Positions 11,540 to 23,481 of a DNA stretch of 64,000 nt are shown in pieces; within the stretch, counting starts at the first letter, position 1; each line of letters opens with the position of its first letter. The DNA comes from Negaprion brevirostris (Eukaryota), in NCBI GenBank assembly GCA_030324005.1, contig JARDVH010000121.1, positions 46,733,416-46,797,415 on the forward strand, given 5' to 3'. The notes under the pieces were generated by a model. It made no database searches and was not told where the DNA came from. It saw nothing but the letters and a program-made list of their open reading frames with translations. Both the position numbers and the translations under genes were made by a program.

Positions 11540-14500
11540 CAAAACAGAATCGCTTTAATCTATTAAAACTCATTGGATGTTCTTCCTTTACATCAAAATT
11601 GCAAAAAGTGTTTGCATGCCAATATGTCATGGAGCACTTTCCACCTGAGATTAGGTTTCGTGTTCTCATAAAAAGTGATTGGAATCAGAATGAAGATAAT
11701 GAACACTTAGCAATTCAAGCTCCATATTTTAATTGCTCAAAAGTAACATGGTAGCAGTCAAAGTATAATGTACAATAAAGTAAAATATGTTTGCTGAAAT
11801 ATTTCTTTGGATCTACCAATACAAATGTCCAACAAAATTCAACTGCAGCAACAGATTGCAAATGAAACCTGATAAAAACACTCATGTAAAAATATGTGAT
11901 TATGTTGCTCTTTACCTGAAATACATTTTGTACAAATACCAGTAGTATGTAAATAAAATGCTATATAAAAATAATGATTACCATATGCAACAAACATCCT
12001 GTTGTAACAGAATGCAGCATTCAAACACAAAATGCAGGAAAAAAAATACTATTTACTACACAATGTATAAAGGACAGAAATTGCCTGCAGTTTTTCCAAC
12101 TGCAATAATGTTTTACTATCTATTACTAATAATCTATTGACACTTTACGTGGACTTCATGCATTAAGTGTTTTACACATTCACTTTAGTCCTGGATGAAG
12201 ATTGGCACATGGAAGTTTGAGGGGGGAAAAGAACCATCTGAGCAGTATTTAGTGATTTGTGAAGGAGCAAAAAACTGTTTTCAGTCTTCAGTCATCCACT
12301 GCGGAACAATCCAGCAAACACCATCATGTTGATTGTGCCTCCATTCCCCAAGTCTGTGAACTTTCTTTAGGGGGTAGGCACATTTATTTTTGAAAAAAAA
12401 ATATAAAGTGGGCAAATTACGTTGATCTGCTTTCATTCAGTCCCAAAATATCAGTACAAATATAGAACATGACACTTTTAATTGTAAAGAACTTTACAAA
12501 ATACAGAGAAATTGTGCAACTATGGAAGCACACTGACTATTGGCCATCTGATGTATAAACCATCGGTAAACATTGGTTAACACAGTGAAGAGAGATGTCG
12601 AGTGTACAACTCACAAATACAATTTGTAAATCTTTGAACGCTGATGCAGAATTTCAGCATGAATTGGAACAACAATCCAGCACTCAGAATTAATTGTGAA
12701 AGAAAAAGATTTGAGAGTAATTGTGGTTTTTACATTAAATTGGTTTATACATCAGACATCCTACATATTAAAGTACAACACAGAGCAGCTGAATGATAGT
12801 AATACAAAACACTGTAATGCTCTTTTATCATAATACTAATACATCTAACAAAAATCTAATGGCACTTAATTTTATAAAAGACTCATTACCAGTTTACGGT
12901 GCTGAAGAGATAACTCTCCTATAAAGGTTTCTGAAAGTGCTAGAACATAGTGAATTGGCCAGCCATAAGGGGAACTATTAGCCTTACAATGAATACAGCA
13001 ATTAAAATTCATTGAAAAATGCGTACTTGATCATTGTGCAGTTGCTCACCTGTGTGAATAAATTGATATGGTCACTTTGGACTTAAACCAAAGACTTTTA
13101 AGGTTAACTGGGAAAATGTCTGTCCACAGGTAGTAGAGTTGCCCTCACTCGTTTGCTTCCAAGACAGCCATGATATAAACTATCTCCTTTTGTTGCAGAA
13201 CAGAACATGGAAGTAATTCACAATTTTCCAATTGGTACCACAATAGTCTACATTTTAACTTTTTCCTCCCAAAATAGTGAACTGAGGAAATCCACTAAAA
13301 TATTGAGAATAGAATATTTAGTAATGCCACACTACAAATGTTGCTGTCACGATTTATCTTTTTTTAAAATCCCTCTTAGCTAGGAGAGGAATATCATTAA
13401 AATTCTGCAATACAGCATTTTGGCAGTGATTTTAATCGTTCCCTAATTTCATAAAAAATAAGATTTTATATATTAAAATATAGATATGGTTGATTTGCAA
13501 GAGTTTTCTTTATTGAACATTGTCATCCAGAACTAGCTTATTCGTGAATCAACTTCGGCAGTTTTCTTCCTGATGTTGTCTCTGTACCGGGGTAAAGTTG
13601 TGTCCACATTCACTGTAAGGCGAGTTTGGTTTTCTCCTAGGCTTAGAGCAAGAAGCATGCAATGAGGTGATGTGTTGTGTCTTTGTGAGTTCCTGCTCAG
13701 AGAACTGTGAAATAAGGATTCAAATAGCTCAAAGCCTCTGATGGCCAAACGGTAACAGAACTAAAATCTTTACATTAAAAATACAAGCATAACATAAAAA
13801 TCTTTCTTGACAAGACCCTGACTTAATATAATCAGGGCATTCTTAAAACAAACACCCTGTTCTGTATCCTTTCTAGATCTCATAACTCCTAAATACAAGG
13901 AAAGGAACAATATTTTCAAAGTAAATATTCACTACAATAAAAGTCTAGGTGATACTCACTGGACTTTAAAGGATACTACGCCTACAAGCCAAGAATGCAC
14001 TTCTTGCAGACGATGGTTAAGAATTTTAATTAGTTTGATGTGTTTTAACTACTTAATTTGGAGCTAAATCTTCTAAAATATGCATTATAGTATTATACAC
14101 AGATGTATATCATAATGTCTTTCCTTTTCTTGAACTTACGTCTGGGGTTTAAATGAATACACAAAACAAAATTTAGGATTATTACTCAGATGTAAAAGGC
14201 AGGATGATTAAAATATCAGAAGCATTTGCGTTATAATTAAGCCGCAATATCTCCCCATTAAGCTGAGAATTGAGGATGACCATTGTTGGTTTCTAAAGAT
14301 GACTTTTTTTTTTAAAAAAAGCAAAATTAGTGTTGGAAGGAAAACGGCATTACACGTTTACATACTGGCTACTGTGTCATTTCATTTTATTGCTGAGTTT
14401 TAGGGTGTGCCACAAATCTGGAAGCAAAGAATAATTCTGCAATAGTTTAGGAAAATAGAGCCAGACCTCTGTAAAAATAAATGTGCATCAAGCTAACTTT

Positions 14501-15957
14501 GATCAATTGGCTGTGATTATTTTTGTGCAATTATGTACCTTTGTTAGAAACTAATGTTCAAGTCTACCTTGCTTTAGTTCATTCCTCTTTCAACACTGTT
14601 TGCTAAGAGAGCAAGAAATGCATTTACAGTTACTTACAGGGAACACAAACATGGGTGCTCCTGAAGGTAGGACTGAACAAGGTCACTGAGGTGCTTATTC
14701 TGTACCCTAGACAAGTCAGCAGTGAAATTCAAACCGCTGATTTTAACAACATGTTGCAACATTTAAGCTTTGCTTTAAATGAGCTACTGTTAATGTTCAA
14801 AAACTTCTCATCACGCCGCAGTAAAATAACTTAACGTATGAACCATGGATTAAAGTATTTGATCATAAATAAGTGATATCTATCCTCATGAGAAAAATGA
14901 AGCAATTAAGGAAATAAATAGGGATTGCTCCTGATAAGATGAAAACTTTCGTACGCCCCAGTATGACAAACGCAGCTATAACAAAAAGAATTGCAAGGTT
15001 CGAAATTACTGCTGCCAACATTAGCTACTTAAAGTGTCAACTGAAATTTTTTTTGCTTGCTATTTTAACCTGTCATGACTATTTACTTAAAATGCATTAA
15101 TGCCACCATTAAAATAACAAAGTGAGAAAGTCATATGGATCTGACAAGTATTTGCCTACCCATATTACCAACAGTAATTTCTGGGTGCTGCTCTTTGAAC
15201 ACAGGGCCAGGGCTTCTTGGCACATACAAAATGTCTGAATTTGTAGGGAATGATGGGCCAGATGGCCTCTTTCTGCACTGTAGGGTTTCTATGATTCTAA
15301 CTAAGGGTGGTTTAACAATTAAGCAAGTCAATACTTTATTTGCGAAAGGACGATTGACTGGGCACATCTCACATTGATGAACATAATTTAAGTTTCACTG
15401 TGCAACTTTTGTTTCATGCAGAGACCTGTGAGTGTGTGTGACAAAATATTGTTTCAAAACACAATATGGACAAAGCAGAGATTAATACACATTGCATAAT
15501 GCTATAATAACTATATTACTTTTTTCCCATCCTTCACTAATTTTTTTCCCTGTAATTCTATTGCAGACTTTTAGCTCATGAAGTAACTTCTCAATCGTAA
15601 CAGATCTCCATGTATATTAGAAATAAATGAAACATGTAGCTATTTGGGGAGTAATTTTCACATTAAAACTCATCCACGGCTCAGAGTTCTGATATGTTCA
15701 GCCCTCCTGTGGATTTGTATCCATGTTAGAGTGTAGAAAGCAAAAGGCTTATTGTTTGTACATGCCTCGTCAGTTGCTAATAGATTGTTTTTTTTAAAAA
15801 ACCCTCCATATTATGGATTAAACTGAATAACGGAAACTGCCTTATAAAAGCTTCTCCAAAGCTTGAGCTTCCTTTGAGTCCTTTGAGAAAGCTTTGTGCG
15901 CTTCATTAAAATTCCACTCCAAGCACAGATTTATTGAATAAAAGATCCAACAGCAGT
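11540..15957 (-). other. Putative long 3' UTR of PLAGL2
   Basis: Almost TE-free, AU-rich sequence after the stop codon. Minus-strand poly(A) signal candidates: AATAAA at 14386-14391, 13509-13514 and 12383-12388, and ATTAAA at 11554-11559 followed by a GT-rich tract. The end point is inferred. Confidence 0.5.
15252..15298 (+). mobile_element. Isolated HE1/CR1 3' tail inside the putative PLAGL2 3' UTR
   Basis: GATGGGCCAGATGGCCTCTTTCTGCACTGTAGGGTTTCTATGATTCT, the same tail as in the SINE copies at 19040, 22540 and 52555. Confidence 0.7.
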
Positions 15958-17203
15958 TTACTGGAAAGCCTGGTGGAAACGTGGCAACGTTGTTGTGCTC
16001 AGACTGGTGGTAAAGACCGGAGACAATGGGTGAAGAGGCCCAAGGTTCAGACCGTTTCCAGATCCTTGGGAGTCCTGCAGCTGAGGCTGAAGAGAAGTAA
16101 GTAAGGACTGAGGCTCACTTTGCGCATAGCCCATTACCAGCCCCCCCGCCGAAACGGGTGGATTGTACGTAGGGTGGTTCAGTGGTAAGAAGCTCAGTAA
16201 GTGTGAAAAGTCCATGTTTGCTGTACAGAGGGATTCAGTAATTATAGCAGGGCTTTTGGAGAGCAAATTTTCACCAGAAATGTCATCCAGAGGGCCACTT
16301 TGTGAATCTAAGCCTACTTTAGCTGGTGAAGACTGAGATTCATGGGATGAAAGTGGCAAACTGCTGTGCAAGTCCATTAAGTAACTTTCCGTTGGCTTTT
16401 CAGGCAAGCCAGTGGCATATGAGGTAGATCCAAGCTGATATTTCGAAGAGGGTTGAGGGGGTGCTGAATGAATTGAGGATGGGGCCTCCATTTGGCAACC
16501 CATTCCCATAGCTAGAGAACTAGCGACCAAACTATGTGATGATCCTGAATTTGTCATGGCTTGAATGTGTGGACTGTACATGCTCATTGGTAAACTAGTA
16601 AATGGTTTACCTACTGTCTCTTTAGAAGCCATGCACATCATTGGACTAAGTTCTTCCTTCACTGTTATGGGTGGACTGGAGTGAAGGAGACCCATCATAT
16701 CGGATGGTTCAGTCTTAATTTTCAACAATTCCTGCGAATGACTCTTCTTCATGTGTCTTGTCAGGTGGTCCTTTCTGCCAAATCTCTGAGCACAATACTG
16801 ACAAAGGAAGTCTTTCCTGCCTGTATGGACTACCATGTGTCTCCGAACATCTTTCCGAGTATAGAACCGTCGGTCACAGTGGTCGCACTGGTGCTTCTTC
16901 TCCTTAACTCCACTCGATGACTTGCCCGAATGCGTTTTCAGGTGCTCAAGCAGAATTTCTGTGCTCTCAAATGTCTGAAGGCACACTTTGCAGGTCAGGT
17001 CACCACTGGTGGCAGCATGCAGTGCTAGGTGGCGTTTATATCCCAACTTGGTGTTGTAGTTTTTGCCACACTCTTCACACTTGAAAGCCTCTTTATTTGG
17101 ATCATGTGTCTGAAGGTGGTTCTTCAGGTGATCTTTCCGGTGGAACATTTTTTCACAGTAGGTGCACTTATGTGTTTTTTGTGGTGAATGTGTGGCCATG
17201 TGC
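15958..17203 (-). CDS. PLAGL2: PLAGL2 terminal coding exon: end of ZF2, ZF3-ZF7 and Ser/Pro-rich transactivation region
   Basis: Acceptor tatttag|G CAC ATG GCC at 17204/17203. Translation HMATHSPQKTHKCTYCEKMFHRKDHLKNHLQTHDPNKE...FGRKDHLTRHMKKSHSQELLKIKTEP...KYQLGSTSY...DFSHLL...GGLVMGY...TTLPRFHQAFQ* is diagnostic of the PLAG family, and the C-terminal motifs match PLAGL2 better than PLAG1. Spliced CDS is 260+1246=1506 nt (501 aa plus stop). Confidence 0.95.
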
Positions 17204-18448
17204 CTAAATAAAATAATAGTGAAAATAATCAAGACTACGCATATTTCTCACGCTAGCTTAAAATAAAAAATAAGTAGATCACATTAGATTAGATACATTT
17301 AATGCTTATTACAAATACTTGGTATTTGATCTCAATTATTTTTGATATGCTTATTGAAAGCAACCCTATCAAGTGATAAGCATAAAATATGTATATTCTT
17401 ACAGATACTTTACAAAATAATAAAGTACAATTCAGTGCAATTATTTTGCCAAATTATTCTAAGCAAAAATACATAATGCAGTTTCTCAATTGTTACAAGA
17501 TGCAGCAAAAGATTAGGGAAAGCTTTCAACACTTTGAAATTAAAATGGAAAGCAGCATCACGTACATCTCTTAAATCAAACATTTTCATTAATTACATTT
17601 TTTCCCTGAAGGAAATGATATAAAGATCTGGAAAAAGGAACAAAAAGCAGAACAGCAGAAAAATATCTTATCAGCTCCATGGTAACTCAACAAAGCAAAG
17701 TAATTTAATGTTCAATAAAAGTTGCGTACATCACAATATTAGAATTTAGGCCTCTATTTTCAATACATCTGCAATTTAGAAAACACAGGAAAAGGTAGCC
17801 ATGCAGAGCGAGACAGAGGGTGCCTACAATACCGAAAATAGCAAAGGAAGTGTAGACAGAGATCATTGGATACAAAGAGAGTTTGGGCTGTTGGGTAGCT
17901 GAATAATTTGATTATAGATTAAGCCAGGTGACATATCAGGGCATNNNNNNNNNNNNNNNNNNNNNNNNNNNNNNNNNNNNNNNNNNNNNNNNNNNNNNNN
18001 NNNNNNNNNNNNNNNNNNNNNNNNNNNNNNNNNNNNNNNNNNNNNNNNNNNNNNNNNNNNNNNNNNNNNNNNNNNNNNNNNNNNNNNNNNNNNNNNNNNN
18101 NNNNNNNNNNNNNNNNNNNNNNNNNNNNNNNNNNNNNNNNNNNNNNNNNNNNNNNNNNNNNNNNNNNNNNNNNNNNNNNNNNNNNNNNNNNNNNNNNNNN
18201 NNNNNNNNNNNNNNNNNNNNNNNNNNNNNNNNNNNNNNNNNNNNNNNNNNNNNNNNNNNNNNNNNNNNNNNNNNNNNNNNNNNNNNNNNNNNNNNNNNNN
18301 NNNNNNNNNNNNNNNNNNNNNNNNNNNNNNNNNNNNNNNNNNNNNNNNNNNNNNNNNNNNNNNNNNNNNNNNNNNNNNNNNNNNNNNNNNNNNNNNNNNN
18401 NNNNNNNNNNNNNNNNNNNNNNNNNNNNNNNNNNNNNNNNNNNNNNNA

Positions 18449-19620
18449 GATTCCATACCAAGAAACACATCCAGCAGCAAATGGACAGATTCTCTCGTAA
18501 AGAGCACCAGGAAAACTGCTGTCATGTGACACCAGAGGCAGTTGATAGCTTCACATATCTAGGTTCCACAATCACCAGCAATCTGCCACTTGATGCTGAA
18601 ATCAACACATATAGAACAAAGGCTGCAGCTGTTATGTCTAAACTAAGAGGCTGCAGAACAACAACAGTCTGATGGCGGACAAACTTCTAGTCTACTAAGT
18701 CTGCATTCTCAGCGTACCCCTATGGGCAACATATACTAGGCAAGAGAAAAGTATGAATAGTTTTCACAACAGCTGTTTCAGGCATATCCTCAGCATCCCT
18801 TGGCAGGAGTATCACTAAATTGCGATCCCAGAGCATGTTAATTCCATCAGCATGCACTCGTTGTTAAGCCAACTAAAGATTATCGGCTCAGCTGTGTTCA
18901 TCAGATGCAAGAAGGCCGAATAAAAAAAGGAGCTACTGTAGGGTGAGCTGGTGTCCATACCCCTGCTAAAAGACACCTGCAAGTGGGATATACAGATGGC
19001 ACTTATTGACACTGACAACTGGGCGATGGTTGCTGGCAGCCATGAGGGTCATGCAGTGACACATTGCTGCCTCACAGCGCCAGGGACCCAGATTCACTTA
19101 GGGCCTTTGNNNNNNNNNNTCACTGTATGAAATTTGCATTTTATGTCTCCGTGTCTGCATGAATTGTCTCCAGGTGCTTTGGTTTCCTCCCACAGTCCAA
19201 AGATGTGCAAGTTAGGTGGATTGGCCACGTTAAATTGCCCCTCAGTGTCAGGGGGACTAGCAGGGTAAACACATGGGATTATGGGGATAGGGCCTGGGTG
19301 GGATTGTTGTCGGTGCAGGCTCTACGGGCTGAATGGCCTCTTCTTGCACTGTGGGGATTCCCGGATTCGAAGATCTCCTGAGACTGGCTGTTTTGGAAGG
19401 GCATTGGAAGAGGACAGTAGAAATAAAAAGCTCAGTTGGCTGAGGTGAGGGTCCAGAGAGAACAGAGTCCAGTGAATTGTGCTGCTCTCAGCCTACTGTC
19501 TTCCTCTGCAGGAAAGGAGGCAGAAAGTGCCACCCCAGAGTGGGGCTCCCAAGCTACACTAGGTGATGCTCAACACACAGGTAAGCACCGTGGCACAAAT
19601 CTTCACCTCATGATACAGAT
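18449..19620 (+). mobile_element. RTE-clade LINE 3' portion, interrupted by a SINE
   Basis: VDSFTYLGSTITSNLPLDAEIN...KAAAVMSKL, and a terminal FLCRKGGRKCHPRVGLPSYTR*C resembling the RTE C-terminal zinc finger. Confidence 0.75.
19040..19370 (+). mobile_element. HE1-like V-SINE, tail type B (CR1-like)
   Basis: GCTGCCTCACAGCGCCAGGGACCC head, TTTCCTCCCACAGTCCAAAGATGTGC core, GGGCTGAATGGCCTCTTCTTGCACTGT tail. Confidence 0.85.
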
Positions 19621-19689
19621 ATGATACATTAAGGCAAGTCTTCAAATAATGCTTTTGATGGTGGTTCACCAAACTCAACTTATTATGAT

Positions 19690-21450
19690 TTGGCATGAAT
19701 GTTTGTCTGGTGTCTAAATTCAGTGAGCAAGAGGATTGTATTTTGTCTCATTCAAGAAAATTGCTATGAAGTTACAATTGCCACAAGAAATTTGGACAAT
19801 TCTATTAAAAAATGTTTTGGGGGAAAATGATTGGAGGTTTGAATGAACAGTCTGCAGATTATGACATTGTTAAGACTGTTGTGCTTAATGCACACAAGCT
19901 GATTCCAGAAGCTTATAAACAAAAGTTTAGAAACTCGCGGAAGAAACAGATCAGTTTTTGTGAAGGAAACAAACGATGTCTAACTGATACAGCTAAATTG
20001 CAACTGGATTTTGAAAGTCTTAGTGGCATTGTTAATGGAAGAATTTAGAAGTAATATTCCTTTTGGAGGAGCTACGGGATTTGGGAGATCATCTTGATCA
20101 AGTTAACCAGAAAGATAATCTCCTGATCAATGGGACAAAACAAAGGCGGTGGATAAAAAGAATTATAAGAGTCTGATTAATGGAGTTCAGCTTGAACAGA
20201 CTGATAACCGTCTATCTCTATCTAGATACCTCTACCATGGGTCATGAATCACGGAAGATGCAAAGATACCAAAGGAATCTGGGCTAAACTTAACAAGGGT
20301 CACGGCATTGTGAACTCACTTAAATAAATATGGAAGGGCTACAGCATCTCAATTACAACAAAAATCTGTCTTCTGAAAGCTCTCATGTGGTCGGTGACAT
20401 ATATGGCTGTGAAAGCTGGGCCATTAAGAAGTGACGAGGTTTGAATAAGAGCATTTGAAACAGAAAAGGTTTATGCGTGTTATGGATGGCCAAATGAATG
20501 GGTGTTCAAGAAAGCTGGGGTTAAGAGGAACTTGTCTGATGTAGCAATGTCACAGAAGCTAACAGATTTTCAACATATAATGCAAAAATAATGGGATTGT
20601 TTCGAAAGAGGTACTGCACCTGGGACAACACCTGGAAAGCATGCATAAAGGAAAACCTAAGATGACATGAACAGTTAATATTAGTGTGGACAGCTGTTGA
20701 GAGCAGTGGAGAATATAACTTGGATTCTGTTTTGGTATCAAGCACCCTCTAGAAGACCACAAAGTTTCCAAAACAACAGAAGCTGCTGTTTTGACTGATA
20801 GATACAAGTGGTCTCACAAACACCTGGTTGCAGCAAATCAGTGCTATAAGCACACAAAAACTGGAGAAACAGGTTGATACTGAACAGAACACTAATTATC
20901 TTGAAAGTGAAAAAGAAAGATACTTCTCAGAGTAGTGAAACAGATAATGCAGTAGATAAATATCAAGGAGACTAAAGGCTAACATGTTACTTTTGCCATA
21001 GCATAGGGCATGTAAAAGCTGATTGCTAAAAGTTGAAAGTGAAACTGGTAGCTTTTATGTGGGTGTCCAACACTGCTACAGTGAGGGAACCTTGTAACAA
21101 ACTAAAATCTAACGTAAACAGAGTGGGTGCAAATCAGAGCAAAACATATGAGTTCTACACTAGAAGGTGAAGTAACTGCAATTTGTCAGATAAGTGGATG
21201 GAAAATGTTGTTATCTTTTGGTTTATAGGGTCAGATCAAAGCTGAATGCTAACAGAAGGTGTAGGTTTCTCTCCAAAGAATTCATTAATTGAAAAGTGTG
21301 TATGAGGAGAACATTGGGCATTGATGGAAACTGTTTGCTTGTCCTATAGTGTAAATTTAACCTGTGCTTTAGTCAATAAGTCTTATGGTTGGAATTGCCT
21401 ACTGACAATGTCAATTTCATTCTAGGAATTAGCTCGTGGGGAAGCGAATG
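19690..21450 (+). mobile_element. Decayed Gypsy (Gmr1-like) LTR retrotransposon gag-protease relic
   Basis: SCAN-like capsid DYDIVKTVVLNAHKLIPEAYKQKFRN, CCHC knuckle CYFCHSIGHVKADC (20985-21026), and a degenerate protease site VVIFWFIGSDQS (compare ILRDTGASQS). Confidence 0.75.
20190..20710 (+). mobile_element. RTE-clade LINE fragment nested in the Gypsy gag
   Basis: LNKIWKGYSISITTKICLLKALMWSVT..YGCESWAIK, a typical RTE post-RT motif. Confidence 0.7.
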
Positions 21451-22539
21451 CTACCATCATTAGGCAAGTCCATTAAAACTAACAACGTACTAAAGAATTC
21501 AGACACTGTAATCTTCTCAGAAAGTACTGCTAAAATCAGATGTTTAGACTGAGAATAAAGAACACTTGAAACCTCCAACTGACAATGAAGAGTTGAAGTC
21601 AAATGCAAATGAGCCGAATCTGTCTCGATTAAACATGTCTTCAGATTCTAAACCACAGAGGTCAAAACAGAACACAACAACAAACTTCCAGGCTAATGAA
21701 TAAGTAAAGAATGACAGTGCTTTGAAGCAAAAAGGCCTGTCGGTAGCTAATGCTGATGCAATGAAACTACGGGCAATATTCAAGTTTTACAGTGGAAAGT
21801 AAAATTTCAAAATTAAGCAGTTTTGACTTTTGTTTGGAAGGAACAGAACAAAGCTCAGTTTGAATGGAAAGATGCAAAACAATAAGAGTAGTAAACAGAG
21901 ATAATTTTCTTTTTTAAAAAGTACCTGGATTTTAAAAAAATTGGAATGTAAACATCGCAACAAAATTCTGAAAGCGATGAAGGAGAACTAAATATTCTGC
22001 ATTTAAACAGAAGACAGACAATTTGGATCGTTGGCTAATGGAGACTTTTTTTCAAATTTGGACATTAAAGAGCCTATATCTCTGGAAAAGAATAGAGATC
22101 AAAAAGTAAAATCAAAACAGGATGATCCAAAGACATTGTTTAAAAAGTCAATACCCACAATGACAGCACAGGATCAGGCTTTTCAAAGGAATGAAATGGT
22201 GAGTCCAGTGGGTAAAAAGCATTGCAACAGCAAATTTCGACTGAGTCTTCAATTCGCACCTGATGGGATTTAAAAGCTAGAATGATTTTCAGAAGTCAAC
22301 GATATTGTTCTTGACAAAATTTCCCAAACTGAATCAATTGCACCATACATGAAAATGTGAACTTTGATCCTCATGAGAAAGGAGCTGTTTGTAACAAATC
22401 ATTTCTCAGTCACATGAGAGAGATTGTAAGAATTGTTGTATAATAAATCTCAACTGATACAAGTATTGGACTGACACAGGTTAGCAAGATAGACTGTTTA
22501 ATGACAAAATTTGACAGCATGTGAAACAGTGTTACTTAC

Positions 22540-22712
22540 TCCAAAGATGTGCGGGTTAGGTTGACTGGCCATGCTAAATTGACCCTGGTGTCAGGGGGAT
22601 TAGCAGGGTAGATACGTGGGAGTTATGGGAATAGGGCCTGGGCGGGATTGTAGACAGTGCAGACTTGATGGGCCAAATGGCCTTCTTCTGCACCTTAGGG
22701 GTTTGATGATTT
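22540..22712 (+). mobile_element. HE1-like SINE, 3' half
   Basis: CCAAAGATGTGCGGGTTAGGTTGACTGGCCATGCTAAATTG...GATGGGCCAAATGGCCTTCTTCTGCAC. Confidence 0.85.
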
Positions 22713-22814
22713 TATTATGTTTGTTGTTAAATAGTTATAAGTTCTGATATTTTGGTTAATGCCTATTTGATTAAGCTCACCATTATGATAGTGACTTTTC
22801 ATTCTTTAGGCGGA

Positions 22815-23340
22815 AGGTGGAACATTTATAAAATTTACAAGATTATATTTTGGGACTTTTTTTTCAAATTTAGGGTGAAATGAAGGGGGTCATGTGAGCT
22901 GTTCTGGATGCAGGTGAGGGGAAGCAGCCCGGGACCAAAGGGTTCAAGGTGTACTGTGGAGGAATGAGGGTGGAGACTAGCAGTTGGGTGGAAAACATCA
23001 AATTTGTGGGTATTTAAAATGAGGCTGGAGGAGTTGCCTAGCTTGGCCTAGAGGGGAGAATTGCCAGGAAAAGAAAAGCTGTGGAAGGCATTTCTAAGAT
23101 TGCAAGTTACCAAGTTGAGGAAAGTAAAGAACAAGAATGAACCCTCGGGGGCTAAGGAATAATTGTGACTGATTGTGGGAAAACTGACTGTCTATACAAA
23201 AGACAAATGTATTCATGGAGTGTGTTTTTTTTTCATTTGAGCTAAGATAAGATATTCCTTTGTGTGGTTTAAAGTGTAGGTTGTCTAGAAAAAGAAAATG
23301 AACTTTGCCAACAATATTTTTAGTCATTTGTTATAGAAGT
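22815..23340 (+). mobile_element. Possible 3' LTR of the Gypsy relic
   Basis: Preceded by a purine-rich PPT-like TTTAGGCGGAAGG and begins with TG. No second LTR copy was seen to confirm it. Confidence 0.3.
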
Positions 23341-23360
23341 TTTAAAATGTGACACAAAAC

Positions 23361-23481
23361 CCCTGATTTTACCAGCATAAGCCACTTCAAAACTGGGGCA
23401 GGCGAGGCTCGCAGAACGGCATTCCCCATTGGCCTCGGCGCGATCTTAAGAGCCTTGGGCAACGTGCCGGTAAAATCAGGG
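23361..23481. mobile_element. MITE with terminal inverted repeats
   Basis: CCCTGATTTTACC (23361-23373) and GGTAAAATCAGGG (23469-23481) are perfect 13-bp inverted repeats (17 bp with one mismatch) around a CpG-rich core. Confidence 0.7.

Noticed and set aside
16681-16920. Antisense ORF over the zinc-finger exon
   Set aside because: Short shadow ORF of the coding strand with no independent support.
17204-17232. ORF-track start MIIFTIILF for the 424-aa ORF
   Set aside because: This is intronic sequence upstream of the acceptor. The true frame comes from the exon at 33479-33738.
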